From Eledone cirrhosa (lineage: Eukaryota): a DNA stretch of 64,000 nt. Numbering within the stretch: position 1 is the first letter of the stretch; each line of letters opens with the position of its first letter. Both the position numbers and the translations under genes were made by a program. Positions 1 through 14,527 of this stretch are shown one piece after another. The notes below the pieces were generated by a model that worked only from the letters and a program-made list of their open reading frames with translations, was not told where the DNA came from and ran no database searches. The DNA is taken from NCBI GenBank assembly GCA_964016885.1, contig OZ024754.1:11842001-11906000 (forward strand). The letters are read 5' to 3'.

Positions 1-780
1 CCTCTGCTGCCACAACCACCACCACACCACCATCACTCCCACCACCACTGCTGCCACAAGCACCACCACACCACCACCACTACCACCACCATCCTCTCCA
101 CCGCCACTGCTGCCACAAGCACCACCACACCACCACCACACCACCACCACTACCACCACCACTGCTGCCAGCCACAACCACCACCACACCACCACCACCA
201 CCACCATCCTCTCCACCGCCACTGCTGCCACAAGCACCACCACACCACCACCACTACCACCACCATCCTCTCCACCACCACTGCTGCCAGAAGCACCACC
301 ACACCACCACCACTACCACCACCATCCTCTCCACCACCACTGCTGCCACAAGCACCACCACACCACCACCACACCACCATCACTCCCACCACCACTGCTG
401 CCACAAGCACCACCACACCACCACCACTACCACCACCATCCTCTCCACCGCCACTGCTGCCACAAGCACCACCACACCACCACCACTACCACCACCATCC
501 TCTCCACCACCACTGCTGCCAGAAGCACCACCACACCACCACCACTACCACCACCATCCTCTCCACCACCACTGCTGCCAGAAGCACCACCACACCACCA
601 CCACTACCACCACCATCCTCTCCACCGCCACTGCTGCCACAAGCACCACCACACCACCACCACTACCACCACCACTGCTGCCAGCCACAACCACCACCAC
701 ACCACCACCACCACCACCATCCTCTCCACCGCCACTGCTGCCACAAGCACCACCACACCACCACCACCACCATCATTACC
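1..780. repeat. CCA-rich minisatellite, ~59-bp unit
   Basis: Recurring unit caccaccacaccaccaccactaccaccaccatcctctccaccrccactgctgccasaag; the V/W/G-rich ORFs here are artefacts. Confidence 0.9.
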
Positions 781-1164
781 ATCTCAGAATAGAATGATAA
801 GTCTCTTTTTTTGAAAGTCATGTTAACAAAAAACTGACAAAATAAAACAACCCCCCAAAACCCACAAGGACATGACTGGGTGTAATTAATACTGGGTGTC
901 TGGTTGTACAGATTATAAAGGTTAGAAGGACTGACACACTTTTGATGAGATGTTTTTGTATTTTTTATATTGGTGGAGCAAGAATTTGGGAGATACTGGA
1001 AACCAGTCATGGACACTGCTCTTCCATTTCTGCCTTAAAAAAAGCTGCTCCTTCCCCCAAGCTGTTATTTATAGCAATCAGCTGTGTTTGCATTTGTTTT
1101 CTGCATTTGGGATTCCTACATTTTTAAAAAAAATAATTCTCTAAGTAGTAAATAAAGGTTGATT

Positions 1165-1330
1165 AAATTGACCCCAGTGTGTTTCTGGTACTTTATTTTA
1201 ACGGTCCCATAAGGATGAAAAGCAAAGTTAACTTCAGCAGGATTTGAACTCAGAACAAAAAGGGCTGTAACTATATGCTGCAAAGCATGTTGTCTGACGA
1301 CGCTCTGCTGATACCTCTAATCTACCACCC
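1165..1330 (-). mobile_element. tRNA-derived SINE family B, diverged copy
   Basis: Reverse complement of the GTTCAAATCC B box and the ctttcatcctt...aaagtaccag body seen at 3334 and 4594. Confidence 0.65.
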
Positions 1331-1426
1331 TAGGGTTAAAAATAATAAGGTTGGTGCTGAGAAGAAACCCCCCCGTAAATAGCCTGAAGTCAAAAGATTT
1401 TCACATGAACAGAGAAAAACCTTACA

Positions 1427-1483
1427 AAATAAAATAAAATAAAATAAAATAAAATAAAATAAAATAAAATAAAATAAAATAAA
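1427..1483. repeat. (AAAAT)n microsatellite
   Basis: Direct reading. Confidence 0.95.
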
Positions 1484-3333
1484 TTTTGAATAATGTTATT
1501 TTTAACTGATCTCATATTTTTGTTGTAGCCAAACTGTGAAGTTAATGGCTGGAAACAGTGATTTCATGACAAAAACCATCATCATCATCATCATCATCAT
1601 CGTCATTGTCATGACCATCACCACCAGCACCAATGAACATCATCAGCATCATTTAACATTGGGAAAGTGAGGAGGGGGTGTGCCATGCTGGGATGGGTTG
1701 GACAGGTCATCACAGACCATGTCTGTTCTTAATTGGACTTACAGTCTTCCCAGATGTGTTGGGAGAACACCTCACTTCTGTATGTTGTAATTTTGGTTTG
1801 GTTTCCATAGCTATATGCCCTTCCTATCAAAGTGTACTTGATGTAGTTTATCATAACACCAGTGCTAGTGAGCTTATCAACTCTTTGACACAAATGAACA
1901 GTCCTCTCAATTCATTGTTTGGCATAGTTTCTATGACTAACAACTTTACAGAGTGTTCTGGGTGTATTTTATTATTGCACCAGCAATACAGAAGTTGGCA
2001 TGATTTCTATAGTTGGATGCCCTTCCTAACACCAACTATTTTACAGAGTGTACTGGGTGTCACCCACACTAAAGAAGTTGTCATGTTTGTGATAAGAGAC
2101 TGAATATTGTTATTATTAACTGATCTGTCATTTTTGTTGTAGTCACACTGTCAAGTTAATGGCTAGCAACAGTGGTTTCATAACAAAAGCTAAACAGTAT
2201 TCAGGAAATTAAATAGATCCTGTGACATGAATTCATTATGATTGTTTTATTAGGGTATGAAGCTGTATATGGTTGGTTAATCAGTAGTAGTAGTAGTGGT
2301 CATCAGCTTTATACACAAAGCAGGAGTTGTTTTCATTGTCTACACTGGTTGACATATTTCTGTCATTGAGAAAGCAGGCAGGTAGGCAAACAGTTAAACA
2401 GGCAGGCAAACTATTGAAATACTACTTATAACCCCATTTGCTCACCATGCAGAGATATGGGGAGGGCGAGAGATGGAAGCAATGACAGAGGGAGTTCGGC
2501 TCTTCCATGTTCAAACCATATCTTTGTGGTTGTGTTCATTATCTATAAAGTTAATTCTATTATTCAGTTGTCATATTGTCTCTAATACTTCTTTTTCTAC
2601 TCTTGACCAACTAGAAAGATCTAATCTGAACATAAAGTAAGAAAATTGAAAACTATATACAGGGTGTTTCAAAATTTGTTTATATCGTTTGAGATGTAAA
2701 TATCCCTGAAACTACCACTATATATTGTGTATTAATGTTATAATGTGGAAAATATTTTGTAGAATAAAACCTGCTCAGCCGATTTACTGCTTCTAGGGTA
2801 TTTTAGATAAGTATGATGGACATGAGAGTCCTCTGTTCTAGAATGTGCACTTGTGCCAAGACAACCAGAAAAGATAGGGTCATAGCAGTATATATTTCGA
2901 TATAAACCACTTGGCCTAAAAATAAATATACATTCCAACACTTTTAGCTAAAACACTTTCATCATAATTTTATGTATTTTTGTTAGAGCGCTGGATAATA
3001 TGCTTTGTGGCATATAGTTATGACCCTTTACACTCTGAGTTCAAATCGTGCTACAGTTAGCTTTGCCTATCATCCTTATGGGGTCAGTAAAATAAAGTAT
3101 CATTAATGCACGGGGGTCGATTTAATCGACTTTTTCCCTAAAAAAAATTGTTGGTATTGTACCTAAATCAGAAATTGTTAATTCATACTCAAAACATTAA
3201 CTTATTAGAAAGTTAGTTATATTACTAAATTCCTCCAAATTTGTGATGATTTTCAAAATAATTTGTATACCATAAGCAGCGTCTTTCATTGGAAATATTG
3301 TAATAAAAGAGAACCCACTTTGTGACATTATTT

Positions 3334-3528
3334 CGCGGTGGATTGGCAGTATTGGTAAGGGTCGGACGCCATGCTTTGAAACATAGAGTTACCTCCCTTT
3401 ATGATCGGAGTTCAAATCCCGCCGAGGTTTACTTTGCCTTTCATCCTTACGGGGGTCGATAAAATAAAGTACCAGTAATGCACTGGGATAATTGCTGGCC
3501 TTGTGCCAAAAGTAGAAACAATTATTTC
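3334..3528 (+). mobile_element. tRNA-derived SINE family B
   Basis: A box TGGCAGTATTGG, B box GTTCAAATCC, body actttgcctttcatccttacggggtcgataaaataaagtaccagtaatgcactggg, ATT tail. Further copies near 2980, 37745, 40718 and 57180. Confidence 0.8.
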
Positions 3529-4593
3529 TAATGAAATACACCCTATTTCAATTAATTGAAGAATTTTGAGGTATTTACTTAAGTTATTCATTATTTCATT
3601 CAAAGATAGTATCTTAATAAAAGAAGATTTTAATTTAAATTGGAGCTCTTTAACATGGGTAATTTTATTTCATAGAAGCAGGAGTGGTTTTGGATGAATT
3701 GGTATCAAAATTGCTATTTGGTTGCATGCAGCAGTTGGCAAACCCAAAGTTTAAATGACAAAGATCTTTTAAATTTACATAGAGCATTATAAATATTCAA
3801 AGAATTTATTTCACACCCTCTTCATTGCACTATATTATATACATTAGCATAATATAGGTGCTGAATATTATAATAAACTAAACTGGATCTCTGCCTCCCT
3901 AATAAATGGCATATGTTTTAAATCATCTGCTATGAAGATAAATAAAATGAGAATGTATCTAAAAGAATAAAAATAATTTCAGTCAAATACAAATATGTGC
4001 GTGTGTAACTGAAATTTACCCATTGGATTAAACTCTGGACTATAAAATCATATTGAGCTTTAAAATTAGAGGGTTGGAGTGAGGGGGTTGCCCAAATTTT
4101 AACTCTAATGCTGTAAAGTCGTTGGTGAGACGAAGGGCATCCAGCCATAGAAAACTTGCGAAACAAAGGGTTGGGAGGACCCTTTAGTTGTGTCAAAGAC
4201 ACAACAGCCTCCCTAATGCTGGTGATCTACACAATAAAAGCACTCGGTATACGCTGTAAAGTGGTTGGTGTTAGGAAGGGCATCCAACTGTAGAAAGCTT
4301 GCTAAACAAGAGGTTAGGAAGATCCTTCAGTTTGTGTCAAAAGACACAACTTCTCCTCTGCATTTGATATTACTGTATGTAAGCAGTATACAGACCCCTT
4401 GGCCTGTCTGTGAGGTCAGTAGCCCCACTTCAGTACTGACTTATGTAGACCCATCCAGCTCTTGCTAGCAGAGAAAACGGACATTTAATGAGGATTATAT
4501 ATATATATATATATATATATTATTCTATGTACTATACATGCACATTTGATGAGTGCTGTACACAATAATTTCATTATTATTATTATTATTATA

Positions 4594-4792
4594 AGGCGGT
4601 GGATTGGCAGTATCGGTAGAGGGTCGGGCGCCATGCTTTGAAGCATAGAGTTACCTCCCTTTATGATCTGAGTTCAAATCCCGCTGAGGTTAACTTTGCC
4701 TTTCATTCTTACGGGGTCGATAAAATAAAGTACCAGTAATGTACTGGGATAATTGCTGGCCTTGTGCCTATATAAGAAACCATTATTATTAT
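4594..4792 (+). mobile_element. tRNA-derived SINE family B
   Basis: Near-identical to 3334-3528; (ATT)n on both sides. Confidence 0.8.
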
Positions 4793-4794
4793 TA

Positions 4795-4922
4795 GATGTA
4801 GGAAGCTCAGGTGCAGAAAATAATTGTAATTAGTCAGGTATTATAAAACAAAGCTTAAAGACGGAAAATATTAGCAACTGACTGTAATTGCAGTTATTTT
4901 CTGCACCTGAGCTTCTTACATT
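4795..4922. mobile_element. Short hairpin MITE-like element
   Basis: Inverted arms atgtaggaagctcaggtgcagaaaataattgtaatt / aattgcagttattttctgcacctgagcttcttacat. Confidence 0.55.
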
Positions 4923-5325
4923 TTCTAATAAATTATAAAATTTAATTAAAATTTGTTGAATAAAGAATCCTATTCAATTCTATCCAATTTTCGGCTACTA
5001 TTCCTGATGTGGAGGCTGAGGTTATCTGGTACAGCACTTGCTGGCTTCAGTGATACCAAAACAACACATGATTTATACAGACATAGACATAGAATTTATA
5101 ATTCTAATCTGTTTTTTGTTCTCTTCCAACTTTGTCTTTCTTTTCTTTGTCTTACTTTTCTTCATTCTTTCTCTCTATCTCTTTAACCACCTCTCTCTTA
5201 TTTCTCCATATCTCACTATCTACCCTCTTTCTATCTATCTCTTCTCCCCCCCCTCTCTCTCTATATATATATATTTATATTACTCTATCTTCCTCTTTCT
5301 CTCTCTCCCTATATATATATTTATA

Positions 5326-5357
<32 letters not shown>

Positions 5358-5440
5358 CATATATCATCATCATCATCATCATCATCGTTTAACGTCCATC
5401 TTCCACGCTTGCATGGGTTTGGACGGTATATATATATATA

Positions 5441-6250
5441 TGTGTAGGTGTCACGACAAAAAAAACACACAGTCCACGCTGTAAATGTGGCCGTGTAGGC
5501 AACACGGTAAAAACCTCCCAGCCCCACACTGTAAATGTGGTTGGTGTTAGGAAGGGCATCCAGCTGTAGAAAACCCGCCAGACAGTCCACGCTGTAATGT
5601 GGCCGTGTAGGCAACACGGTAAAAACCTCCCAGCCCCACACTGTAAATGTGGTTGGTGTTAGGAAGGGCATCCAGCTGTAGAAAACCCGCCAGACAGTCC
5701 ACGCTGTAATGTGGCCGTGTAGGCAACACGGTAAAAACCTCCCAGCCCCACACTGTAAATGTGGTTGGTGTTAGGAAGGGCATCCAGCTGTAGAAAACCC
5801 GCCAGACAGTCCACGCTGTAATGTGGCCGTGTAGGCAACACGGTAAAAACCTCCCAGCCCCACACTGTAAATGTGGTTGGTGTTAGGAAGGGCATCCAGC
5901 TGTAGAAAACCCGCCAGACAGTCCACGCTGTAATGTGGCCGTGTAGGCAACACGGTAAAAACCTCCCAGCCCCACACTGTAAATGTGGTTGGTGTTAGGA
6001 AGGGCATCCAGCTGTAGAAAACCCGCCAGACAGTCCACGCTGTAATGTGGCCGTGTAGGCAACACGGTAAAAACCTCCCAGCCCCACACTGTAAATGTGG
6101 TTGGTGTTAGGAAGGGCATCCAACTGTAGAAAACCTGCCAGACAGTCCTATGCGAGCAAGACAACCACTCTTGCCTCAAGTGGGAAAACCCCCCGTCCAA
6201 ACCCATGCAAGCGTGGAACACGGACGCTAAACCTGATGATGATGATGATG
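5441..6250 (+). mobile_element. RTE 3'-UTR-derived element with 6 tandem 112-bp units and a (GAT)n tail
   Basis: gacagtcc recurs at 5581, 5693, 5805, 5917, 6029 and 6141. The same 3' UTR is attached to RTE coding sequence at 51287-51775. Confidence 0.8.
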
Positions 6251-6454
6251 ATATATGTATATATATATACATATATATGTCTCTTTATCCCTCCTCTCTC
6301 TAAATGATATATTATACTCCCACCTCTCTCACATATATATATATATATATACATAATTACCTTAGGAAATACCGGAGTATATTCCCAATTAAACGTTTGG
6401 GGTGCTAACTATATTGTATTGTGTGGGTAATTGGCTGTATTATTTTGTATGAGA

Positions 6455-6955
6455 TCATCATCATCATCATCATCAGGTTTAGCGTCCGTGTTCCACGCTT
6501 GCATGGGTTTGGACGGGGGTTTTCCCACTTGAGGCAAGATTGATTATCTCGCTCGCATAGGACTGTCTGGCGGGTTTTCTACAGCTGGATGCCCTTCCTA
6601 ACACCAACCACATTTACAGTGTGGGGCTGGGAGGTTTTTACCGTGTTACCTACACGGCCACATTACAGCGTGGACTGTCTGGCGTGATTTCTACAGCTGG
6701 ATGCCCTTCCTAACACCAACCACATTTACAGTGTGGGGCTGGGAGGTTTTTACCGTGTTGCCTACACGGCCACATTACAGCGTGGACTGTGTGTTTTTTG
6801 TCGTGACACCTACACGATCTCATTTGTTTCGGCCTGGATGTTGTGGCACCAACATAACTTTACATTGAAAGGGGCGGTGTGGATGGGGTGGGGGTGGTGG
6901 GACGGGGGTGTATTTTGTTAGAGATGCCTACTGACCGTAGCAGGTTTTACTTTAC
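6455..6955 (-). mobile_element. RTE 3'-UTR-derived element with 2 tandem 112-bp units
   Basis: Same family as 5441-6250 in the opposite orientation; (CAT)n tail on the left. Confidence 0.8.
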
Positions 6956-7594
6956 CGAGATATATTAAAATACTCATTTCCCAAACGAATCATTTCATTA
7001 TGAGATTTCTACATGGTGGGTGAAATTATACCAAGTTCTGTAGAAACTTGTGTAAAATCCATGGATTCTTACGCAAGTGGGCTCTTACAGATCTTCAGTG
7101 GGTGCCCAATAATATTAATATTAATAACTAAATCAATATCAATATTTACCGATAATCACAGTCAGTGCTAGAAGGAACTGTTAGGTTGTAAGTCCAGCAG
7201 TTCTAAAGAAAATCTCACACTGTCTCGAAAATGGGAGGAGGAGGATACCGCCAAAAAATAATATACACGCAGGTCATTGAACTCTGACAAGAATTCAAGC
7301 CTCGTGCGAAGAACTCAATTGGATTATGTGTGTGAACTGTTTAAGGACACAGGGATATTTTCTCAGGCAAAATAACAGACATAAGATACAGGAACAAACA
7401 ACCAATATTCATATAAATAAACGAAGAGAGTCATACCTTATATCGGCAAAGTTCATGTCTGGTGATCCAAGAGTATATTACATAATTACATAAACGGAGA
7501 AAGCTAATAAGCGATACTCCGACCAATTTCCAACTCACTCAACAAACATTAGGAAATACCGGAGTATATTCCCAATATATATATATATATTTTC

Positions 7595-7937
7595 ATTTCA
7601 TTTTCATTTCATTTTACGTCCACTTTTCCCTGCTTGCAAGGGTGGGACGGGAACTGATTCTGGCTTGATTTCTACAGCTGGATGCCGTTCCTAACACCAA
7701 CCTCATTTTACAGTGAGTGCTGGGTGCTTTTTTGCCGTGGCACCTCCACGACCACTTTGCAGTGGAATGATAGGGACCCCAGTCCCTATCATCTCATTTC
7801 TACAGCTGAGTAAACTGAAGCAATGTGAAATAAAGTGTCTTGCTCAAGGAAACAACACATCACCCGGTCTGAGAATTGAACTCACAACCTTTCGATTGCA
7901 AGGCCAATGCTCTAACCACTAAGCCATGTGCCTCCAC
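7595..7937 (-). mobile_element. tRNA-derived SINE family A (CORE-like body, RTE-type 3' tail)
   Basis: A box TGGCTTAGTGG, B box GTTCAATTC, CORE-like ccttgagcaagacactt, and tail cccgtcccacccttgcaagcaggg matching the RTE end at 56260-56315. Confidence 0.8.
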
Positions 7938-8066
7938 CATATATATATATGCAAGTATGTATGTATACGTACATACAGGTATGTATGTACGTATACATAC
8001 TTGCATTTAAGTAAGTGCCGTACTAAGAGTGAGAAATGAAATTTCGTTTCATTCCATTTCAACTTA

Positions 8067-8148
<82 letters not shown>

Positions 8149-8328
8149 TAACAAGATATCGGGATTTGGTCGGGTAATCGGGATTTGGTCGGGTATCGAC
8201 TGTAATTAAAATAGAGTGACGTAGCTTCTGGCAATCAGCGATTTTTAGACACACCGGACTAATGAAACAATTGTTAATATTTTGAATAAACCCTATTGTA
8301 CAGTCGACCAAGTTATTCTTCACTCATT

Positions 8329-8901
<573 letters not shown>

Positions 8902-9196
8902 TATACACTTCCCTCTTACTCTGTATTTTTCTATTCTTCTCTTTTTCTCCTCCATATCTGTATGCCCTCCTTTTTCTCTTTCTCCACCCCTCTCTCTCTT
9001 ACTATAATGTCACCAACTCACATCAAAACAACAAAACAGGGAATTATTTTCAAAATAATTAATTATTCATTGAACATGTTTTGATCCTGGCTTAGCAGCA
9101 TTTAGTTAAGACATGGATGTTTGTTTATTTTTATTTGTAAGTTAATCTTCTTAATATCTTTGACCTTTGGTTTGTTCTTTAAGCAGTAAACAACCT

Positions 9197-9510
9197 CATC
9201 ATCATCATCTGCTGGCCTCAGCTGAAATGGAATCAACAATTGATCTCCACGTGGGTCTGTCATTCATTGTCGTTGCCAAGTCCTGGATTTCAATACCAGA
9301 ATCTCTGGAGATGACATCAGGGTAGGAGAGCTTGCGCCCCCTGTTATTAGTGACTGCTTGTGGTTTCCAAAGCATTAATGAGGACACAGCCTCATAGGTG
9401 GCACGATGGCAGTGACCAGCAAATCTTACTCCCCTTTTACGTACACCGAGAGATATGCGTGGGAGGCTGGCATATATCTCTCTCAAAGGCAGATGTTGCC
9501 AGCTTATGTT
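9197..9510 (-). mobile_element. Non-LTR retrotransposon (RTE-like) 3' fragment
   Basis: C-terminal motifs RFAGHCHR, LMLWKP, RGRK and DRPTWR, followed by a (GAT)n tail. Confidence 0.7.
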
Positions 9511-9595
9511 CTGAATGCGCTGAAGAAGGCGAGTGTAAGTGCCATCAAGGTGCTTTTGTTGTTTGGATGAAACAACCTAAACAGACTCCTATTTA

Positions 9596-10248
9596 TACAG
9601 GGTGTCCACAAAGTCACTAGACAATTATATATATATATATATATATATACTAGCAGTGGTACCCGGCATTGCACGGGATAAGGTATTTTGGAACGCGGGC
9701 TGCCAACAGACCTAATCGTGGAAAAACTGCATGCCTGGACAATATGTAAAGAAAATAAACCGAATACTCTGATGGCTGGATGGATAATCTTTAAGATTTT
9801 CCTCGATGATGCAGGAAAAATGCAGGTTTTCACCTAATGCGGGCCCTAGGGGATTAATTTCGGGAAAATCGGCTAGACGTAACACCTCAAAAAAGAAGTT
9901 TTTCACCTAATACAGGCCCTAGGCCATAAAAAAGTTGGATTTTCTTTGCCCACGGTATGAAGAAGAGACTAACTAATACATAATTACAATTTCAAGGAAA
10001 TCGGCCTAAAAAAACCCCTAAAAAGTTGAAAAAACGCAGTTTGTCACCTAATGCAGGCCCTAGGGGATCAAAAAGTTGAATTTCACATAAGTAATACACA
10101 TGTAAAGTTTGAAAAAAATCGGTTGGGTTCTTCTCAAGTTTTAGGGATTCAAACTCACACACACACACACACATACACACTCACAGACAGACATCCTCAG
10201 TTTTATATATATAGATAATTGCCTAGTGACTTTGTGGACACAGTGTAT
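9596..10248. mobile_element. Tc1/mariner-type MITE ends enclosing a Helitron
   Basis: tacagggtgtccacaaagtcactagacaattat / ataattgcctagtgactttgtggacacagtgta inverted ends with flanking TA. Confidence 0.6.
9650..10215 (-). mobile_element. Non-autonomous Helitron
   Basis: Minus strand starts TCTATATATATAAA and ends with hairpin cccgtgcaatgccggg, then taccactgCTAG; second copy at 27518-28133. Confidence 0.75.
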
Positions 10249-11504
10249 ATATGGTAAATTTTATTTTTTATAAATGAAAAAAAAAGTTGCGAAGAGCTAC
10301 TATGAAGAATCAAACTCCATACCTCTCAAATTCCGGCTGAGTGTTGTAAACTATTGAGCTAAATGAACTCTGGCCATTTTTTCCCATCTATAGGGGTAGT
10401 TTACCTAATTTTCTAATCATTTATAGTAATTGACTGGGTTTACACTTATTTTCTACATTTTCTAAGAATTTCAATCTACTCAACTCTCCAATAGTCTATT
10501 TTGAAAATTCTATTTTCAGTATTCTAGCTTATTAGCTATTAAAATATTAATCAGCAGACTTCTGCATATAAAGGTGTGTCTGTAAAGAATATAGGTGTAC
10601 ACTATATGTGTGTGTGTGTATGTACACACACGTACACACACACACACATATGTAACTTTATCGTCAACTTGGAAAGAATATCACGCTCTGCTTCTCTTAA
10701 GATATCTTACTTTCATGACAAAACATTAATTAATAAATTCTTTATATATTATCTTAACACATACAAGATCTTCCAGAATTAACATATTAGCAACTATTTT
10801 CAATGAGGCATATCATATATCTAAACTAATTAGAGAAGACATGTTACATAGTAATTAGGATATTGGACACACAATCATAAGGTTGTGGCTTTGATTCCTA
10901 GACCAGGCAGCATGTGTTCTTGAGCAAGATGCTTCATTTAATGTGGGTTTTTTTTTGTGATACAACTGGGGTTCCTATCATCTACCTGTCACTCACCTCA
11001 CAACTTCTCTTTACTGATCACTGGCCGCTCATTTCTGTCCTTAGACATATATTTACCTGACTTACATACTGCCATTGACGGCATTTAGTTGTTTTCAAAT
11101 TATTTCCCATGAAATTTACTATTACATTTTCACTGTAAAAGATTTACCTCACATAATATCAAATCTACGAGATTTTGATATTATTTATTTTGAGAACAAT
11201 ACCTTAACATCAGTATGAGTGGCCAGTTACAGCCAGTTTGAACAGAAAGAGGTGAGATAATTCTGGCTGGATATAGCTAGTTTAAATGCTAAAGGGTTAA
11301 AATACACTTACACTTCGTCTTGGTTTTCAATGCAACAATATTTATTTATTGACCATTTCATGACTAAATACCAAACATTGATATATATATATATATATTT
11401 AAAAGATATACGTAGAGAGAAAGAAGCATATATCATTTGAGAAACACAGCATTTTGTACACCCATCGTAAAATATTTTCCTGAATATTATTTGCTCTATA
11501 CATA

Positions 11505-13340
11505 TAAACCAAGTAATACAGAATGGGGTCATACCAAATGACTGGCGTAGCAGCATCATCATCAACTGTTACAAGGGCAAAGGAGACGCTCTGGATAGAG
11601 GAAACTATAGGGGTATTAAATTAGTTGATTAAGTCATGAAAGTCACAGAAAGAGTTATTACTCAACTGATTAGAGACCAAATTGATCTAGATGAAATGCA
11701 GTTTGGGTTTGTGCCAGGTAAAAGTACCACGGATGCTCTTTTCCTTATATGGCAAGCAATTGCAGGAGAAGTACCTGGCTAACAGTAAATCCTTCTACTT
11801 AGCTTTTGTTGACCTGGAGAAGGCCTTTGACAGAGTCCCACGCACCTTAATCTGGTGGGCTCTTAGAAAACTAGGTGTAGATGAATGGCTTGTGAAAGTT
11901 ATACAAGCTATGTATAGAGGAACAGTCAGCAAGATTAGAATTAACGAAGAATATAGTAATGAATTTAGTGTAATGGTAGGAGTTCACCAGGGCTCCGTTC
12001 TTAGCCCCCTCCTGTTTATTATTGTCCTACAGGCTACAACAGAGGGGTTTAAGACTGGCTGCCCATGGGAACTTCTATATGCAGATGATCTAACTCTCAT
12101 AGCTGAATCTATGGCTAAACTAGAGAGGAAGTTTCAAACGAGAGGAAGCATGGTCTTGAATCAAAAGGCCTTAGAGTCAACTTGTCTAAGACTAAGGTTC
12201 TAGTATGTAGAAAGGAGAATAGTGCACAGGTACCCTCTGGGAAATGTCCATGCTTAGTGTGTAAGAAAGGAGTAGGCAGAAACTCCATTCTATGTCCCAA
12301 ATGCAAAATATGGGTGCATAAAAGATGTAGTGGGATCAGAGGTAAGCTATTTAAGATTGTAGATTTTATATGTGGCCGATGCTCAGGTGCAGTAAGTAGA
12401 AAGGACCCACTGCATGATATCCCCTTCAACTGCCCAGATGGTTCTATAGAAATAGTAGACACCTTCCGTTACTTGGGTGACAAAATCAGTAGTGGAGGAG
12501 GGTGCTCTGAAAGTGTAGTAGCCAGAGATAGAACGGGATAGAAAAAGTTCAGAGAGCTAATACCACTGTTGGCCACAAGGGGTTTTTCTCTAAAAATGAA
12601 AGGCAGATTATATGATGCATGTATACGAACGGCGATATTACATGGTAGTGAGACTTGGGCATTGTGTGCTGAAGACCTGCGTAGATTAGAAAAAAAATGA
12701 AGCTTGCATGCTCCAATGGATGTGTAATAGTAACATGCGTGAAAGAAGAAGCATAAACGAACTAAGAGAGAGACTAAGCATAAGAGGTATCAAATGTTGT
12801 GTTCTGGAGAGGAGATTGCGTTGGTATGGATATGTGATGCGTATGAAGGACGACAGCTGTATAAAAAGTGCAGGGCAATGAAAATTGATGGAAGCTGCGG
12901 AGTGGGTAGACCAAGAAAAACCTGGGACGAGGTGATAAAATCTGACCTTGCCCACCTACACCTCTCTAAGACAATGACACTGGATTGAGACCTTTGGCGC
13001 CATGCAGTTGTACAGAAGACCCAACTACCATTGCATACAAACCTAGTCAGTAGGCACATCTTAACTCAATGTACACCCCCTCCCCATTCCATCCACTGTG
13101 TCGACGACACAACAGTCCACACTGTAAAGTGGCCGTGTAGGGGACACGGTGAAAAGGCTCCCAGTCCACACTGTAAATGTGGTTGGTGTTAGGAAGGGCA
13201 TCCAGCTGTAAAAAAAACCTGCCAGAGACGCTTCCGTGCAAGTGAGACATGGTCTCCCGACCATTCCCGCATCAAATGGAACAAAACCATCTAACCCATG
13301 CTAGCGTGGAAGATGGACGTTAAACGATGATGTTGATGAT
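11505..13340 (+). mobile_element. RTE LINE, 5'-truncated and degraded (RT, PHD-type finger, 3' UTR)
   Basis: AFVDLEKAFDRV, GVHQGSVLSP, YADD; frameshifts and stops; 3' UTR ending in a (GAT)-like tail. Confidence 0.9.
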
Positions 13341-13636
13341 ATATGTACAAAATGCTATGTGTTTCTCAAACGATAGAAACTTTTTTCTCTCTACATAAAT
13401 CTGTTAAATTTAAATAACTCGTGCTCAGAACCAAGGTTAATTGAGCTTATTTATTGAGAAACATGCTCATACATATTGGATATCTATTGACACCTTAACA
13501 TATATATTCACACATACACATACACACACACACACGCACATATATTTATATATAGTGACGAAACATGTCAATTGCATGAACTCATAATCCTTTATTTACT
13601 GCTATATATATTTCGATGATAGCCATTGAATGGCTG

Positions 13637-14325
13637 TTACCTACACGGCCACATTACAACGTGGACTGTGTGTTTTTTTCTTGTGACACCTACACGATCT
13701 CGATCTCATTATCTCATTTATTTGGACTGGATGTTGTGGTACCAACTTTACAGAGAGAGGGTGGTGTTGGTGGGAGTGGGAGGATAGGGTATGGGTAGTG
13801 GATTGGGGTGTATATTTGGTTAAGAGGTGCCTATTGCCTGTAGGTTTCGCTTTGTACATAGGCAAGGCGGGTCTTCTGTATTACTGCATAGCGCCAAAGA
13901 TCACGGTCCAGTGACATTGTCTTAGAGAGGTGCAAGTGTGTAAGGTCGGAATTTATCAAATCGTCCCAGGTTTTTCTGGGACTACCTACTCCGTAACTAC
14001 CATCAATTTTGATCCCCCTGCACTTTTTTATCCAGCTGTCATCTTTCATGCGCATCACGTGACCATACCAACGTAATCTTCTCTCAAGTAAACAGCATCT
14101 GATCCCTCTTATTCCTAATTTCTCACTTAGTTCATTTATGCTTTGCTGTTCACGTATATTACTATTAAACATCCAACGAAGCATGCATGCTTCGTTCCTT
14201 TCCAGTCTGCGCAGGTCCTCTGCATGTAATGCCCATGTATCACTGCCATGTAGCATTACTGTTCGTATACAAATATCATACAATCTGCCTTTCATTTTCA
14301 GAGAGAAACCTTTTGTGGCCAACCA
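13637..14325 (-). mobile_element. RTE LINE 3' fragment
   Basis: MLHGSDTW, RRLRWYGHVMR, PRKTW motifs plus partial 3' UTR. Confidence 0.88.
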
Positions 14326-14527
14326 ATTGTGTTGTTATTTCTGTTTAGCTTTTACATATACACACACACACATATATATATATATATAATTGTTATATAG
14401 TAAGGTGTATTATTGGTTGTGTAAAACGGTCCAATAAATTTATGTTAGCAATATTAAGTTCTCCACACTTTAGTATATCTCCAATTCTATTCAAGGGAAC
14501 AGCTAGATGATGGAAAACGGAGTATAA

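Noticed and set aside
7010-7110. Minus-strand CTGAAGA followed by a long hairpin
   Set aside because: No GAAA/stem III at the required position; at most a rearranged remnant.
8255-8292. GAAA-CAATTG-TT palindrome, and a similar GAAA-CCA..TGG-TA at ~57688
   Set aside because: No upstream CUGANGA or stem I partner found; cannot be called ribozymes.
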